Source of the DNA: the human T2T-CHM13v2.0 reference genome, Homo sapiens
NCBI RefSeq assembly: GCF_009914755.1
Contig: NC_060939.1
Strand: one strand, 5' to 3'
Length of the DNA stretch: 64,000 nucleotides
Part shown: one piece after another, positions 14,500 to 29,735 of the stretch
How the letters are laid out: each line of letters begins with the position of its first letter
How positions within the stretch are numbered: the first letter of the stretch is position 1
The notes under the pieces: generated by a model
Told to the model about the DNA's origin: nothing
The model's database searches: none
What the model saw: only the letters and a program-made list of their open reading frames with translations
Translations under genes and position numbers: made by a program

Positions 14500-14880
14500 C
14501 GTGTTTTGGACACATGTGGCGCCCCATCTCACATCCCCTTTGCCCACCTTTTACTCCACTTATTTCCGTGGCAGCTAAAGTGATTTAACACACACCTTCC
14601 TGAAGTGCGAGCTGATAGCCCTGTGTCTCAACTCCATCAGGACTCGCTCATGCTCTGCCCCAGAGCTTCTCTGACCTGCTGGGCACTCACACATGTGCAA
14701 ATCTAGAAAGGGAAGGAAGTTAATACCCCATGGGGCAATCCTTGACCATGGGGGACCAGGATCTGATAAGTAAATGCTCCCTCTGGCAGCCCTCAGAGTG
14801 GATAATTCTGAGGTACATTTTACCTGGCTCCTAGCTGGACTGAGCCTTGGGTAACCATAGCAGTGACCACCTTGGCAACA
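14500..14880. mobile_element. LTR16-like ERVL LTR relic
   Basis: GCCCCAGAGCTTCTCTGA...GGAAGTTAATACCCCATGGGGCAATCCTTGACCA...GGATAATTCTGAGG. Confidence 0.55.
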
Positions 14881-14884
14881 CATT

Positions 14885-15662
<778 letters not shown>

Positions 15663-16909
15663 TCATAACATATTTTTTATGTGGGCTTTTCCTCCTTCCT
15701 GGTCAGTGTGGGAAATAGAATGGTGTGGGAGAATCTGGAAGCCATAAGGCCACTGCAGTAGTCCAGGTGGAGATCTGGAGATCTGGACTAAGGCAGCAGA
15801 GAGAAGGGGCTAGATTTGAGAGACAGATAGAGATAGAGCTGACAGTGTCCTTTTATTCAGCCATGAGAAGGAATGGAGTACTAATACACACTACAACATG
15901 GGTGAACCTGGAAACATTACGCTATGAAATAATCCAGATACAAAAGGGCACATATTGTATGTTTCTATTTGGTGATAATGTGAGGGAGGCAAAAGCCTGA
16001 TGGACAGGGAAGGAAAATGGGGACAACACTGGAATTTTAGCTTAAAGACAATGTTTTAAATTGTTGCCATTTTAAAAGCGGAAACATTTCCTAATGTTGA
16101 CAGCTGGTATATCAAGAATTACTATGCTAGTAAAGCCCACATAACCACCTGTGAAGACAGGTGTCTCCAAGTTCCAGAGGCAGAGTCACCCTTAGACTTT
16201 GCAGGGTCTCTGCAAAAAAATATTTTTCCGGGGCTCCTGTCTAAATAAAATTTTAAGCCACCCAAAGTCAGCATGTCAGCACCATTCTGGTGCTCAATCT
16301 TGCAAGATCCCTCAAGAAGAAACAGCATGTTGCCGAGTGGGAGTGATCTGCTTCCCAGGCTGCCCCTCCTGGAACCTGGTCCTGACCATGGGGCCCAGGG
16401 ACAACCCCATCAACGTGAGTCCTAGAGTTTCTCAGGGAATCTGATCAACCCCACATGAGGGAACAGGGAAGGGGTGTTGAGAGTCAGAGTGCCCTGGAGA
16501 GGTGAAAAAGGGATTGAGGCCCATGTGGGACCAAGTCCAGGCTGGACAGCACTGCCAGTCCTCCTGGAGAGGGGTTTAGAAAACTTTGAGGAAGGCACTC
16601 CAAAGTGCAGGCCCTCTGAGGTGTGGGCCTTACTTGCCCAGGTCTGAGGATGGTAGTTCCCAGGTGATCTGGGATTAATGTCAGCTTCAGAAAGCAGAGT
16701 GAGAGGTGGACAGCAACATTTGTTTTGTGTGTGCCCTGCATGCCAAGCACCATGCAAGACACATGCTTCATGTGACCCTCACAAGCACTTTCTGAGGTAG
16801 GTAATATTATCAAACTCATTGTTTAGATAAGAAAACATTGTCCCAGGGAGATTGTGTGACTTCGCTCAGGTCACCCATGGTGGATCCAGGCTCTAAAATG
16901 TGTTCTCTA

Positions 16910-17241
<332 letters not shown>

Positions 17242-18331
17242 CTAGGTGACTGCCATGAAGTGTCTTGCCTTTTCCACTCCTATTAAAAAGGCTTGTATTA
17301 TTTCTCTGGAAGGAGTGCATCACTCTGATCTCTCTGGTCACTGAACATTCTCTGGCTGAGTATACTGCACACAGAGTCTCTGTGTCTAGGCTTTGGCCAT
17401 GGCCCAAAGCCCTCTCTGATCTCTTGCAAGACAGAAAGTTAGGAAGTGTCCTTCCCTGGTTTACATCCCATGGTTCTGTGGCTTCCAAATTCCTGACACA
17501 GGCCCTAGGACTCCACCTGTGTCTGTTGTTTCGGGAAGGTTCAGCTCACATACGTAATGAGCCTGAGCAACTCCCTGCACAAGTTTTAAGCCAAAGGAAG
17601 AGTAATCAGGATGGGTGATGGAAAGTTTATTCAGAATCTGACAGGACACCAGGTTGAGATCATTCTGCGTCAGTCTGTGGTATTGTTAATGATTATTCTG
17701 GCTTGCATTCTCATTGGTTGGAATAGACTTTGGGGAAAAATCATTAAAGTGGGGTGTGGTTGATGAAACCCTGCACCTAGGCAAGGGGCCAGACTGGGAT
17801 TTAAGGATGGCTACATGGCTAAGCCATTGTTTCAACACTTTCACCAGAAGTTCTGAATGACAGATGGTTTCAGCTCCTGATAGGTGTTGGCTTGGAGTCA
17901 GGGAAGAGCTTCACTGCTTTTACATCCTGGTCTCCTTCTCTTGAGCCTCTATCTTTCCCCCTGACCCACCGTTTATGATCCCATAAATAACTACAAATGA
18001 ATCAGTGAAATAAAGCTCCTGTGAAGGCAGAAAGTCAGGATGTTCATCAGAGGGAGGGGAATGGGAAGCCCCATTTCCTTGTAAACACAACATCCTGAGA
18101 TAAAACATCTGGACAGTGTTTAAGAAGGAGACGAGGTGTCCCAGATTATCCTGTGGTTTCGGCAACATTTCAAGGCTGAGGTAGGTGAGGTGCTGAGTGT
18201 AACCATTAAGCAAGTTTCCAAGGTTCAAAATAGCAGCTATTTCCACTCAACAATAAGCCAGAGATTCATTCAGTCCCCCTGAAAATGACATGTTCCTGTG
18301 GTTTCCAGAAGGGGTAAAGAAAATGCCTCCC

Positions 18332-18498
18332 AGGCCAGGCATGGTGGCATGTGCCTATAGTCCCAGCTACTCAGGAGGCTGGGCAGAAGGATCCCTTGAG
18401 GCCAGGAATTGGAGGCTGCAGTGAGCAATGACCGCATCACTGCACTCCAGCCTGGGCAACACAGTGAGACCCTGTCTCAAAAAAAAAAAAAAAAAAAA
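18332..18498 (+). mobile_element. Alu monomer (right arm/FRAM-like), TSD A(A/G)ATGCCTCCCA
   Basis: Single monomer plus A-tail with flanking direct repeat. Confidence 0.85.
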
Positions 18499-18777
18499 GA
18501 TGCCTCCCAGCAGGGTCTAATGTCAGGACAGATGTCATTTCTTCCATGTGGGTGGTTATCCCAGGATCTAAAAGTTAGTGCTCACTCTTAACTTTTGACC
18601 TATAGCAAAAAAGATTATGAATATGAAATGAAATGCTAAAGGGAGTCTGGTTTGTAAATCAGTTGGTAGAACAGTAGCAAAGTTTCTAGATGACAGAATG
18701 ACTTTCAGATTAATTTAATCTCCAGCAGTTAGTACCCAGACTTCTCTCAAGTCATCCCATGGTGGATTCGGGCTCTA

Positions 18778-18915
<138 letters not shown>

Positions 18916-19108
18916 TCAACCCAGTTAGTTTTCAAGTTGAGCTATGGACTGGGCACCTGGGGTGGCTGCCTGTACTACGCCAGCCCCAGGAAATAGCAAA
19001 CATTTCTTTCATAGTTTCACGCTTGGTTGGTTGTTCTGGACAAAAGGACAATGGTTCCCCTTAATGGTTTGTGTTTAACTGCTGTGACAGAAACCAATGC
19101 CTTGATTA

Positions 19109-19756
<648 letters not shown>

Positions 19757-20759
19757 TTACTACAGGATTCTCAATCCTGAGTTTGAATCCTGTCTTGCTT
19801 TGTCTGTGTCTAGGAACAAGTTATATCCCTCCTCTAAGCCTCAGTTTCCTCATCTTCAAAGAGGACATGATCACAGGACTTACACAATAAATAGCAACAA
19901 GTGTTTTTAACTTAACTGTAGGCGAACACATAGCAGGATGCAGAAACCCTGAGCTGCTATGTGTTCTAGCTGAATCTGTATAGTTAAATTAACACTGGTG
20001 TGAGTCTAGGTGTTCAGCTGAAACCAACAGTGGCCACAGGGATGTCTTACCAAAACTGAAAAAATCTAGGCTAGAAAGTAGGATGCTGGTTGAAGTCATA
20101 ATGGAGTGAATCTTAGTAGTTAAAATGCAATTTCTATACCAGTCTTCTACTAAAACAATAAAAACTCGCTGTCTGTATGGCTTCTTACCCCCATCACTAC
20201 CCACAAGATGTCTCAGTGGGAGATGAAGGAAGCAGCAGGGCTGAGAATGGGGTTCCAGAAAGCAGTTGTGTATAATCACAGCTCTGTTCTAAAGGTGCTG
20301 GCTGATTCTCTGAGTTTGTGACCAAGGGCACAGGTTTGCATGACAAAAGCTTGTGATTTTTTTTGGATGTCACTGTATTATTGCTCTCTGGTGCTACCCT
20401 ATCCTTCCCTATCCTTCCCCAGGAAGCCAGTGGTACAGGATTTGTTACATTGAAAGGGCATGAGAAATGCCTGGCTTTAAGAAGTTAAACACCCATAAGG
20501 AGAGACTCTTGTTCACTTAAGTGTTTATAGAGTGCTGGGTACTAGGAGTACAAAGATAAATAAGATACTATTCCTGCTAACAAGGAACTTCAGTCTGAAG
20601 TGAGAAGACGGACTGAAACACAGATTAAACAAAATATGATAAATGCAGTATGGATGATATTTATAAGGTGCTATGGCAATACAAAAGAAGGGCAACCTAT
20701 CCCAGCCTGAAAGTGGGCAGGGTTCGAATCAGGAAATGCTTTCCAAAGGGAAACTTTGC

Positions 20760-21053
20760 TTTTTATTTTTATTTTTGAGACAGGGTCTCGCTCTGTTGCT
20801 CAGGCTGGAGTGCAGTGGAGCCATCACAGCTCACTGTAGCCTTGATCTCCCAGGCTCAAGGGATCCTCCTTGAGCAAGTAGCTGGGACTACAGGCAGGCA
20901 CCACAGCGCATGGCTAAATTTTTTTATTCTTTGTTGAGACAGGGGTCTCCCTATGTTACCCAGGCTGGTCTCAAACTCCTGAGCTCAAGGGAACCTCCCT
21001 CCTTGTGCTCCCAAAGTGCTAGAATTATAGGCACAAGCCACTGTTTCCAGGCC
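20760..21053 (-). mobile_element. AluJ, antisense
   Basis: Reverse-complement Alu. Confidence 0.88.
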
Positions 21054-22023
21054 TCAAAGCTAAGGTTTGAAAATCAAATAAGAATTGTGTGAACAAGGTT
21101 GGGATGGCTTGGAAATGGGATAGGAGAAACAATATTAAGAGTCCAGACAGGAAGAACATTGTGAGTAAAGGAATGGAGGCATGAAACAGCATCATGTACT
21201 TTGGGAACTGGGTATAGTACCAGCAACTAGGATGCCAAGTAAGGGGAGGTGGCATGAGGAACTGTTTCAGGGGATAGGCTTGTGAGATGAGGATTATCTG
21301 ATTCTAGCTTTCTGAAAACACTGCTAATAAAGAATTACACAGTGTAATAAATATTAACATAGAAAGAAAGAAAAGTCATGAAAAAGAGAAAACAAAACAA
21401 TGAGTCTGAATGAAAGCAGCTTTGGAAGCCAGGACCAGCCAGGCTTGGGCCATCTCACAGGGTATTTGCTCCTATTCCTCAGCTACAATTTGCATTTCCA
21501 ATTTAACCATTTTTATTTGCTAGTCCCATTCCTGTATTGGGTCTGGATATTTGCAGAAGAAGAAAAAGAAAAAAGTGGGTGAATGTAGAGGATGAGGAAG
21601 AAGGTTATAAAATAAATATTTGAGTCAGTAGATCTTCATTCGGATATCTAACAGACATCCCAACATCAGCATATCCAACCTGAATCCTAAACTCCCCCTA
21701 AAACTCTGTGCCACAGGGAGCCTCCCCCATCTCAGGTGATGGCGACTCCAACCTTCCAGTTACTGAGGCCTCAAGTCTTGGATCCCATCCTTCACTCTTC
21801 TCTATCATACTCCATATCCAGTCCATTAGGAAATTCTGTTGGGTCTACCTTCAGAATAGCCTCCAAATCTTATCATTTCTCACAATCTCCAGCTGAATTC
21901 ACATCATCTCTCATTTTGATTACTGCAAAACCTTCCAACAAGTCTCCCTGCTTAGACTCTTGAACTCCTACAACCAAATCTCCTCACTAGAGGAATCGTT
22001 TAAAAATGTAAGTCAAAGTGTGG

Positions 22024-22332
<309 letters not shown>

Positions 22333-22344
22333 TGTAAGTCAAAG

Positions 22345-22785
22345 TGAAAGAAGCCAGTCTAAAAAGGCTGTATGATTTCAACCATATCACATTCTGGAAA
22401 AGTCAAAATTATGAAGACAGTAAAAAAAAAAAAAAAAATTAGTGAATGCCAGGCATCTGGCGGGGGGAGATGAATAGGTGGAGCACAGAGGATTTTTAGG
22501 ATAGCAAAACTATTCTGTATGATACTATAATACATGCAGATGCATGTCATTATACACTTGTCCAAACCCATCAAATGTACCACTCCAAGAGCGAACCCTA
22601 ATGTAAACTGTGGTGGTAATGATGTGTCGGTGTAGGTTCATCAGGTAGGTAGGGGTGTTGATGTGGGGGAAACTATCCGTGGGTGGAGGCAGGCTTTATA
22701 TGGGAGATCTCTGTGCCTTTCTCTCAGTTTTGCTGTGAACCTTAAACTGCTTTAAAAGATAAAGTCTATTAAAAAAAAAAAAAAA
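22345..22785 (+). mobile_element. L1MC/MD-like 3' end fragment
   Basis: GAAAGAAGCCAGTCT...GGTGGAGCACAGAGGATTTTTAGG...GAACCCTAATGTAAACT...CAGTTTTGCTGTGAACC followed by an A tail. Confidence 0.8.
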
Positions 22786-24052
22786 GTAAGTCAAACGATA
22801 TAATCCAGAGCCCTGCACAACTCCCCTTTTCACCAGATGAAAAGCCAAAGTTCTTAATGAGTAGCATTAGGAGCTTTGCTCTGGCTATTTCCTCTGTCTG
22901 AAATATTATTTTCCCAGTAATCTACTTAGCTAATTCTTTTGCATCCTCAAATCTTTGCTGAAGTTTCACCTCTCCGTGAGAGAGACTCTATCTGCCCTAC
23001 CTAGTTAGTATTGTAAACCACTACCTGCACCCCCATGCACTCCTGATCCTCCTTATCCTACTTTACTTTTTTCCAAGTCCTTCTTACTTACATACTGTAT
23101 TTATTATGCACTGTATTTATCATCCTGATAGTTTAATCTCTCATCTCCTTCTGCTAGGTTGTAAATTCCACAATGGATTATTTGGTTTGCTGATGTATCT
23201 GCTTAGAACCATCAAATGCTGAATGGATGAATGAATGAATATCTTCGATTGAAAGCTCCATCTTCCATTACTCAAATTTCCCATTCTTAATGTATCTCAG
23301 AAGCTAATATTGAGAAACTGAGGGATTAGTTCTGTGCATCTTAATTCAGGTACTGATTGAAAAAGAAAAACCAAAATCTCCACAGGGCATGATGACTCTG
23401 GAGAAGGAAGGGATACCTTGTGAGCTATTCATCTAAGGAAGAGAGGAATTACAAACTAAAATATTAGTTGACCACTAATATTTTAACATTTTAATGTATT
23501 TTCTTGCTGTCCAGAAGTTTTAAATACCTGTATAAAGTTATCGTTTTTTTTCTCTATTCATTTTGTTTGTATTTCTGCATTCTTTAAGGACTTTCCTACC
23601 ACCAACGTTGTAATCATATTCTTTTATACTTGTTCTAATGCTCATCCAATTTAGGTTGTGTGTGTGCTATTTAAAAATTTGTGTCTGGTCTTTAATCCCT
23701 TTGGAATTTATGCTTGTGACTTGTCAGAAATAGGGTGCTAACATCATTTTCATAAATACAGATCAGCCCAGACCATATACTAAATAATCCAGCCTTTCCT
23801 CATTGATTTGAAATGTCACCTTATCACACAGTCTGTTTTTAATTCTTTATTCCTTTGATTTATTTATTGTGACATCAATACCAAACTATTTTTAATTATG
23901 ACATTAAACTATATTTTGATTTTCTGGTGGTAATCTCTGATTTCAACATTACAATTTACTACTCATTTATTACTGATTTGAGCTTAAATCAGTCATCCGT
24001 ACATTCATGTGATAAATATGTTATGCACTGAACATAAAAATATTGTTGACTA

Positions 24053-24344
24053 GGCTGGGTGTGGTGGCTCACGCCTGTAATACCAGCACTTTGGGAGGCT
24101 GAGGCAGGCAGATCACGAGGTCAAGAGATCGAGACCATCCTGGCCAACATGGTGAAACCCCGTCTCTACTAAAAATACAAAAATTAGCTGGGCGTGATGG
24201 CATGCGCCTATAGTCCCAGCTACTCAGGAGGCTGAGGCAGGAGAATCTCTTGAACCTGGGGGCTGAGGTTGCAGTGAGCTGAGATTGTGCCACTGCACTC
24301 CAGCCTGGTGACAAAGTGAGACTCCATCTCAAAAAAAAAAAAAA
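24053..24344 (+). mobile_element. AluSc-like
   Basis: Alu consensus; TSD-like TATTG(T/C)TGACT. Confidence 0.93.
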
Positions 24345-25635
24345 TTATTGCTGACTGGACTCAACTGTTCAAATGTAAATTCAATGGATTGGGGCCTAGA
24401 CTCTACTTTTTTAACTAAGGGTTTTTTAGCGGGGAGGAAAGGGAATGGCAACATTTATTTTCCTTAAATATTGGTTAAGTTGCTGATGGATCCATAAACA
24501 AGAAAGATCAGCTTTGCTAACTTCTTCTGAAGCAATATGTCTAAATATGAATCAGAGGTTGGGGCTCTAATGGAAAGCCTAAAAATGTGGACAAAGGCTG
24601 GGGAATGAGAAAAGCAGAATGCCATGTAATATCCTAAAAGCCATTATTATTTCAATTTATTTCCTATCTTTAGTCTGACAATTAGGTGGCAAATGACTTT
24701 TCACATAAAAATTAGGGCAAGGTCTTTCCTCTTCCTCTATTAAACTTCCTTTGAGAGTTACACACAAAGTCATGCCCAGTGAACCATCACAACATCCTAG
24801 GAAGATCCTGTGTATATGTGCTCACAAGTACATTTAATTGCATGTTCCCACTCCCCCAGATTAGCCTTTTGCAAAGTTAACTCATTTAATCTCCAAAGAA
24901 TACAGTAATTGTTGAGCAAAAGAGGATGAGAATCAGCTGAAAGTTGCAATCAGGGAGAAGGTTCAGGTTTATTCCATAAAGATAGAAATGACACCAGAAA
25001 GTCTACCACCTTTACCTGGGTCAGAAAAGTTGAATGTATTTCCAAAGACTCTTAAACTGTGGGTTCTTTAAAATTTTAATGCTTACCTCCCCCTGACACA
25101 CACACATACACAACAATTACAGGAGTTATTGACATCAGTTTGTGCATAAGAACTATAGTAATATTCAAATATAATTTATTTGAGTACAAGAGTGGACCTC
25201 TATCCAACAAGTATTTGTTGAGCATCTACTATGTTGGTGATAGAAAAGTGAACCAGACACAATTCCTTCCCTCAGTCAAGGAACTGCCCCTTCCCAATCA
25301 TGTGCTTTCTATCAATGTCCAAGACAGATAAGTAAGCAGTCTTGTAACTGCTTACTTACATGTGGGATGACAGAATTCTTGTTTACTCATAATTATTGAC
25401 ATCCAAGGAAATCTCAGCCTACTCTAAAGCTGATTATAAATTTCATAATTCCTGCTCTACACACTCTCCTTCTCTCTTTAAACATCAAGTCTAATGTGAT
25501 TAGCCAAGTTACATGACCTAACTTGCCGGCTTAATGCTATTTTACACCCCTTCCTTCATTACTGAAGTTAAAAGGCTTAATCTTAAAGTCAAACTAGACA
25601 TTATTGGACTGTCCCTATGGTTAAAAACCCACCTA

Positions 25636-26010
<375 letters not shown>

Positions 26011-27174
26011 TCACCAAACTCTTCAAAGAGCTTCTCTTCAAAGGCTTCTCTTGCACAGGGAGAAAGCGGTTGGTTCCATTTGGGGCAGTCATATAGGGCT
26101 GTTTTCCAGGAGATGACATGTGGGATAAGTCCCAGGGTAAGCATGGGCTGCTTGAGGTTGGGTTTGTGATCACAAAATACATATGGAATAAGCTAGGACT
26201 TCAAGGTCTGAGATCACTGAAAAAGACCAAGGAAACACCTGGGTCCTGGAACATATTGGATACATACCATCTCCCAAAGATCATTAAGAAGACTTAAAGC
26301 TCCAGAAAGATGAAAAACGGGCACTCAGTTTTAAAACTCAGAAAGTACAAAAAGAAGCAACAGCACTGGCCTTTGAAGAGCATATCCTCCAACAGTTGTT
26401 CTTAACCTGTTTTCATCTTCACTATTATGATACACTATTTTTGAAACCCTGACCCAGAGTGGAGATTCAAAATAAGAAATTACTTTCCTTCCTTAAGTAG
26501 TTTATCTGGTCTAGAAGTAATCCCTAAAAGAGGAAGAGACCTGTTCATTAACTCTCATAACTACTCCAGAGCTCCGTATCAGAATTTTAGAACAAAAACT
26601 TCAAAAGTGAAATGGAGAAGCAAGAATTATTATCCAGCTTTGGTTCTCAATCTGGCTCACACCTCCAACTGTGCAGATTACTGTTAATGAAACTGTGGTT
26701 CAACGCTAGTCTATATTGAATGCTGCTCCAAAGGCACAGGGTAAATATTGCTGACAATACTTCTAAGTGCTCTAATGAGTAGAGCTCGAGAGATGAATAA
26801 TTCCTTAACTGAGCATGATGCTCAGTTAGAGGTGGAGGGCATGCTTAATCTGGTAATCACTTATAGGAAATGTGGGTAATTTCTCTCGGGAGAACAAGCC
26901 CTGTTACTCATAAGGCGCCCTAATGGACAGTGCTCAAGAGAATAGGCACTATTGCACTCCTAATTTAGGTCTGGCACACGTCCACATTCTCTAGATGACC
27001 TCCCTCCTCCCTTCTTTTCCCCCCAAAAGTAATGAAATAATGGCTGATGGCATGATGTAAGCAGCATCATAGTGGAAGGTGTAACCTGGGCTTTGGAGTT
27101 AGATCTAGGTTTGAATTCTGGTACACTCTACTACATAGCTGAGAACACTCATTTCATTACAGTGTTGTTATTAC

Positions 27175-27338
27175 TAGAGACAGGGTCTCACTCTGTCACC
27201 CAAGCTGGAGAGCAGTTGCATGATCTTGGCTCGACCTGCCAGGCTCAAGTAATCCTCCCACCTCAGTACCTGAGTAGCTGGGACTACAGGCATGCGCCAC
27301 CATCCCTGGCTAATCTTTGTATATATAGATAGATGGAT

Positions 27339-27375
<37 letters not shown>

Positions 27376-27494
27376 GGTAGAGACGGAGTTTCACCATATT
27401 GGCCAGGCTGGTCTCCAACTCCTGAGTTCAAGTGATCTGCCAGCCTTGGCCTCCCAAAGTGCTGGGATCAAGGCATGTGCCACTGCGCCTGGCC
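27175..27494 (-). mobile_element. AluJ, antisense, middle A-tract expanded (T34 at 27341-27374)
   Basis: Reverse-complement Alu; TSD-like TCAT(T/C)ACAGTGTT. Confidence 0.88.
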
Positions 27495-27760
27495 TCATCA
27501 CAGTGTTCTGCTTTTATCTGCTCCTGAAAGCTGGGGTGTGCTGTAGTAAACTTAGAAACAGGAAATACAGAACAGCCATTTTCTCCTGCTGATCATATTC
27601 CCTGCCAGTTTTCTACTACCTGGCCCACTGATCGCCTTGCCAGATGTCTTCCCAGCTGTAATAAGCCCTGTTTCCCAGGACTCAGTCATAGCCATAACCA
27701 ATGCTTTCCCTAGAAATGGCTCTTACAAAGTCTCAGGAAAGCTGAAGTTGGACAACAACC

Positions 27761-28102
<342 letters not shown>

Positions 28103-28512
28103 TAGGTTTGTGTTTGCTACTTGGTTTTTATATTAATCACCTTTCACATCCATTTATATGCAAAATTAATAGAAATAAAGGATGCAATTTGTCATCAATG
28201 ATGGTTCATAATAATCATTTAGGCACTTGTAGAATGAAAACTACTAAGGTTTCTAGGACTAAGAAGAAATACTAAAGTAATACACTTATTACCACCAAAG
28301 CCACTACATTTTTTGAGGTGTATATTTCACAAGGTATGCATAATTTAGATGACAAATTAAGGCTCAAATTTTAAGGATGAATAGCTATTTCATTGATCTC
28401 ACATGGCTCACTAGGCAACAGATTCCCATTTAAAAGGGATAATTGAGTTTAATGGGATGCTAACTATAAGGGGCTGAGTAGGGTTAAGGGAAACCAAGTC
28501 AAGATATCCAGT

Positions 28513-28698
28513 CAGCAGTGTCCAGTAGAAATTTCTGTAACGATGAAATGTTCTACATCTACATTGTCTAATACAGTAGCCAAAGCCACACATAGTTATT
28601 AAGCACTTAAAATGTGGTCAATGTGACTAAGCCACTGAATTTATTAATTCGTTTAAATAGTCACATGTTGTCAATAGCTACCACATTGGACAGTACAG
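28513..28698. mobile_element. MER3 (hAT-Charlie MITE)
   Basis: TGTCCAGTAGAAATTTCTG...AAGCACTTAAAATGTGG...TAGCTACCACATTGGACAGTACAG, with a terminal inverted repeat remnant TGTCCA/TGGACA. Confidence 0.8.
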
Positions 28699-29102
28699 TT
28701 CAGGTCTAGCAAAGAGCCATCACAACTCCTAGGCCTGAAAAGGTGAAGTAAAGGAACAATTACTGAAACCTGGGATGATGCAGAATTAGAACTCTGTCTT
28801 CAGGAAAGGATTACACGGCAGGAGCTGTAGCCTTTGACAGAAGAATGCTGCCACTGCCAACTTGCAAACCAACAGGGGAAGAATTGGGAATAAATACCAA
28901 CTCACTCTCACTCTTCTTTTTGCCCCCATTCCCCTCTGGTGCCTCTGACTGGTGGAACTCAACCAAAAAGTAAAGAGAGCTCCTTGATGCAGCCCATAAA
29001 GGTCAGCCTCTTGGAGCACAGAACAGTGAAAGGTGGAGAGTATATCTGGAACAAAACATTATTATACCCCGTGCAAAATGAATTGAGGCATCAAAAGTTT
29101 GC

Positions 29103-29108
29103 TTTATT
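29103..29108 (-). terminator. LCMT2: LCMT2 distal polyadenylation signal AATAAA
   Basis: TTTATT on the plus strand about 630 nt past the stop, just before unique sequence gives way to old repeats. Confidence 0.55.
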
Positions 29109-29313
29109 GACACTTATAAATCTAAATAAATATGGAACCAATAGCAAAACATTTAAAAAGTATGTTGGTAAAGGAAGTCCTACAAGTGTTTCCTGTTGTT
29201 AAAACTATCCGAGTTTTCTGTTGCAACAAACAGGACAATGTTTTAATCAAACTGTGACTGTGTTCATTTCAGGTTTCCTACATGAAGAATTGTCAATACT
29301 ACGCTCCCTCAAC

Positions 29314-29415
29314 TATATTCAACCAAGGATCTGCGTGAAACTTTTTCTAAGGTACCATCTCAAATATATTCAACCACGGAACTGCGTGTAACTTTTTCTA
29401 AGGTACCATCTCAAA
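29314..29415. repeat. 51-bp tandem duplication (2 copies, 3 mismatches)
   Basis: TATATTCAACCA(A/C)GGA(T/A)CTGCGTG(A/T)AACTTTTTCTAAGGTACCATCTCAAA at 29314-29364 and 29365-29415. Confidence 0.95.
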
Positions 29416-29693
29416 TCACAAGGCCTGGGATTGGGAAATTGTTTTACTTTACTAAAGACCACTGTAACTCAATAAACGAACTTAGATTAGAAAATTAGAG
29501 GCAGACCACTACTCCTCTCGGACTGCATGGCCACTGTCTTCAGCTGTTTTCTGTAGTGATTGTTTCTAGGTATTTTACCTATTTTACCAACCTTTTTCAC
29601 TTTTTGCACTGAATAGTGCTAAGGGAAAAAAAGGATGGGGAAAGGAGGAGTGGCAGTATCTATAGCTAGAGGGTCATCCTATTTGTGGAAAAC

Positions 29694-29699
29694 TTTATT
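29694..29699 (-). terminator. LCMT2: LCMT2 proximal polyadenylation signal AATAAA
   Basis: TTTATT on the plus strand about 37 nt past the stop codon. Confidence 0.5.
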
Positions 29700-29735
29700 G
29701 TCTACTTTAGTGGGTCCTGAATATTAGTCCAGTCC

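Noticed and set aside
20390-20420. Short tandem duplication CCCTATCCTT x2 (similar ATCCTTCAGGAA x2 near 40968-40992)
   Set aside because: Ordinary slippage duplications in non-coding DNA with no supporting context
29314-29415. Direct repeat considered as CRISPR-like or an ncRNA array
   Set aside because: Two abutting copies with no spacer, in a mammalian 3' UTR; a simple tandem duplication
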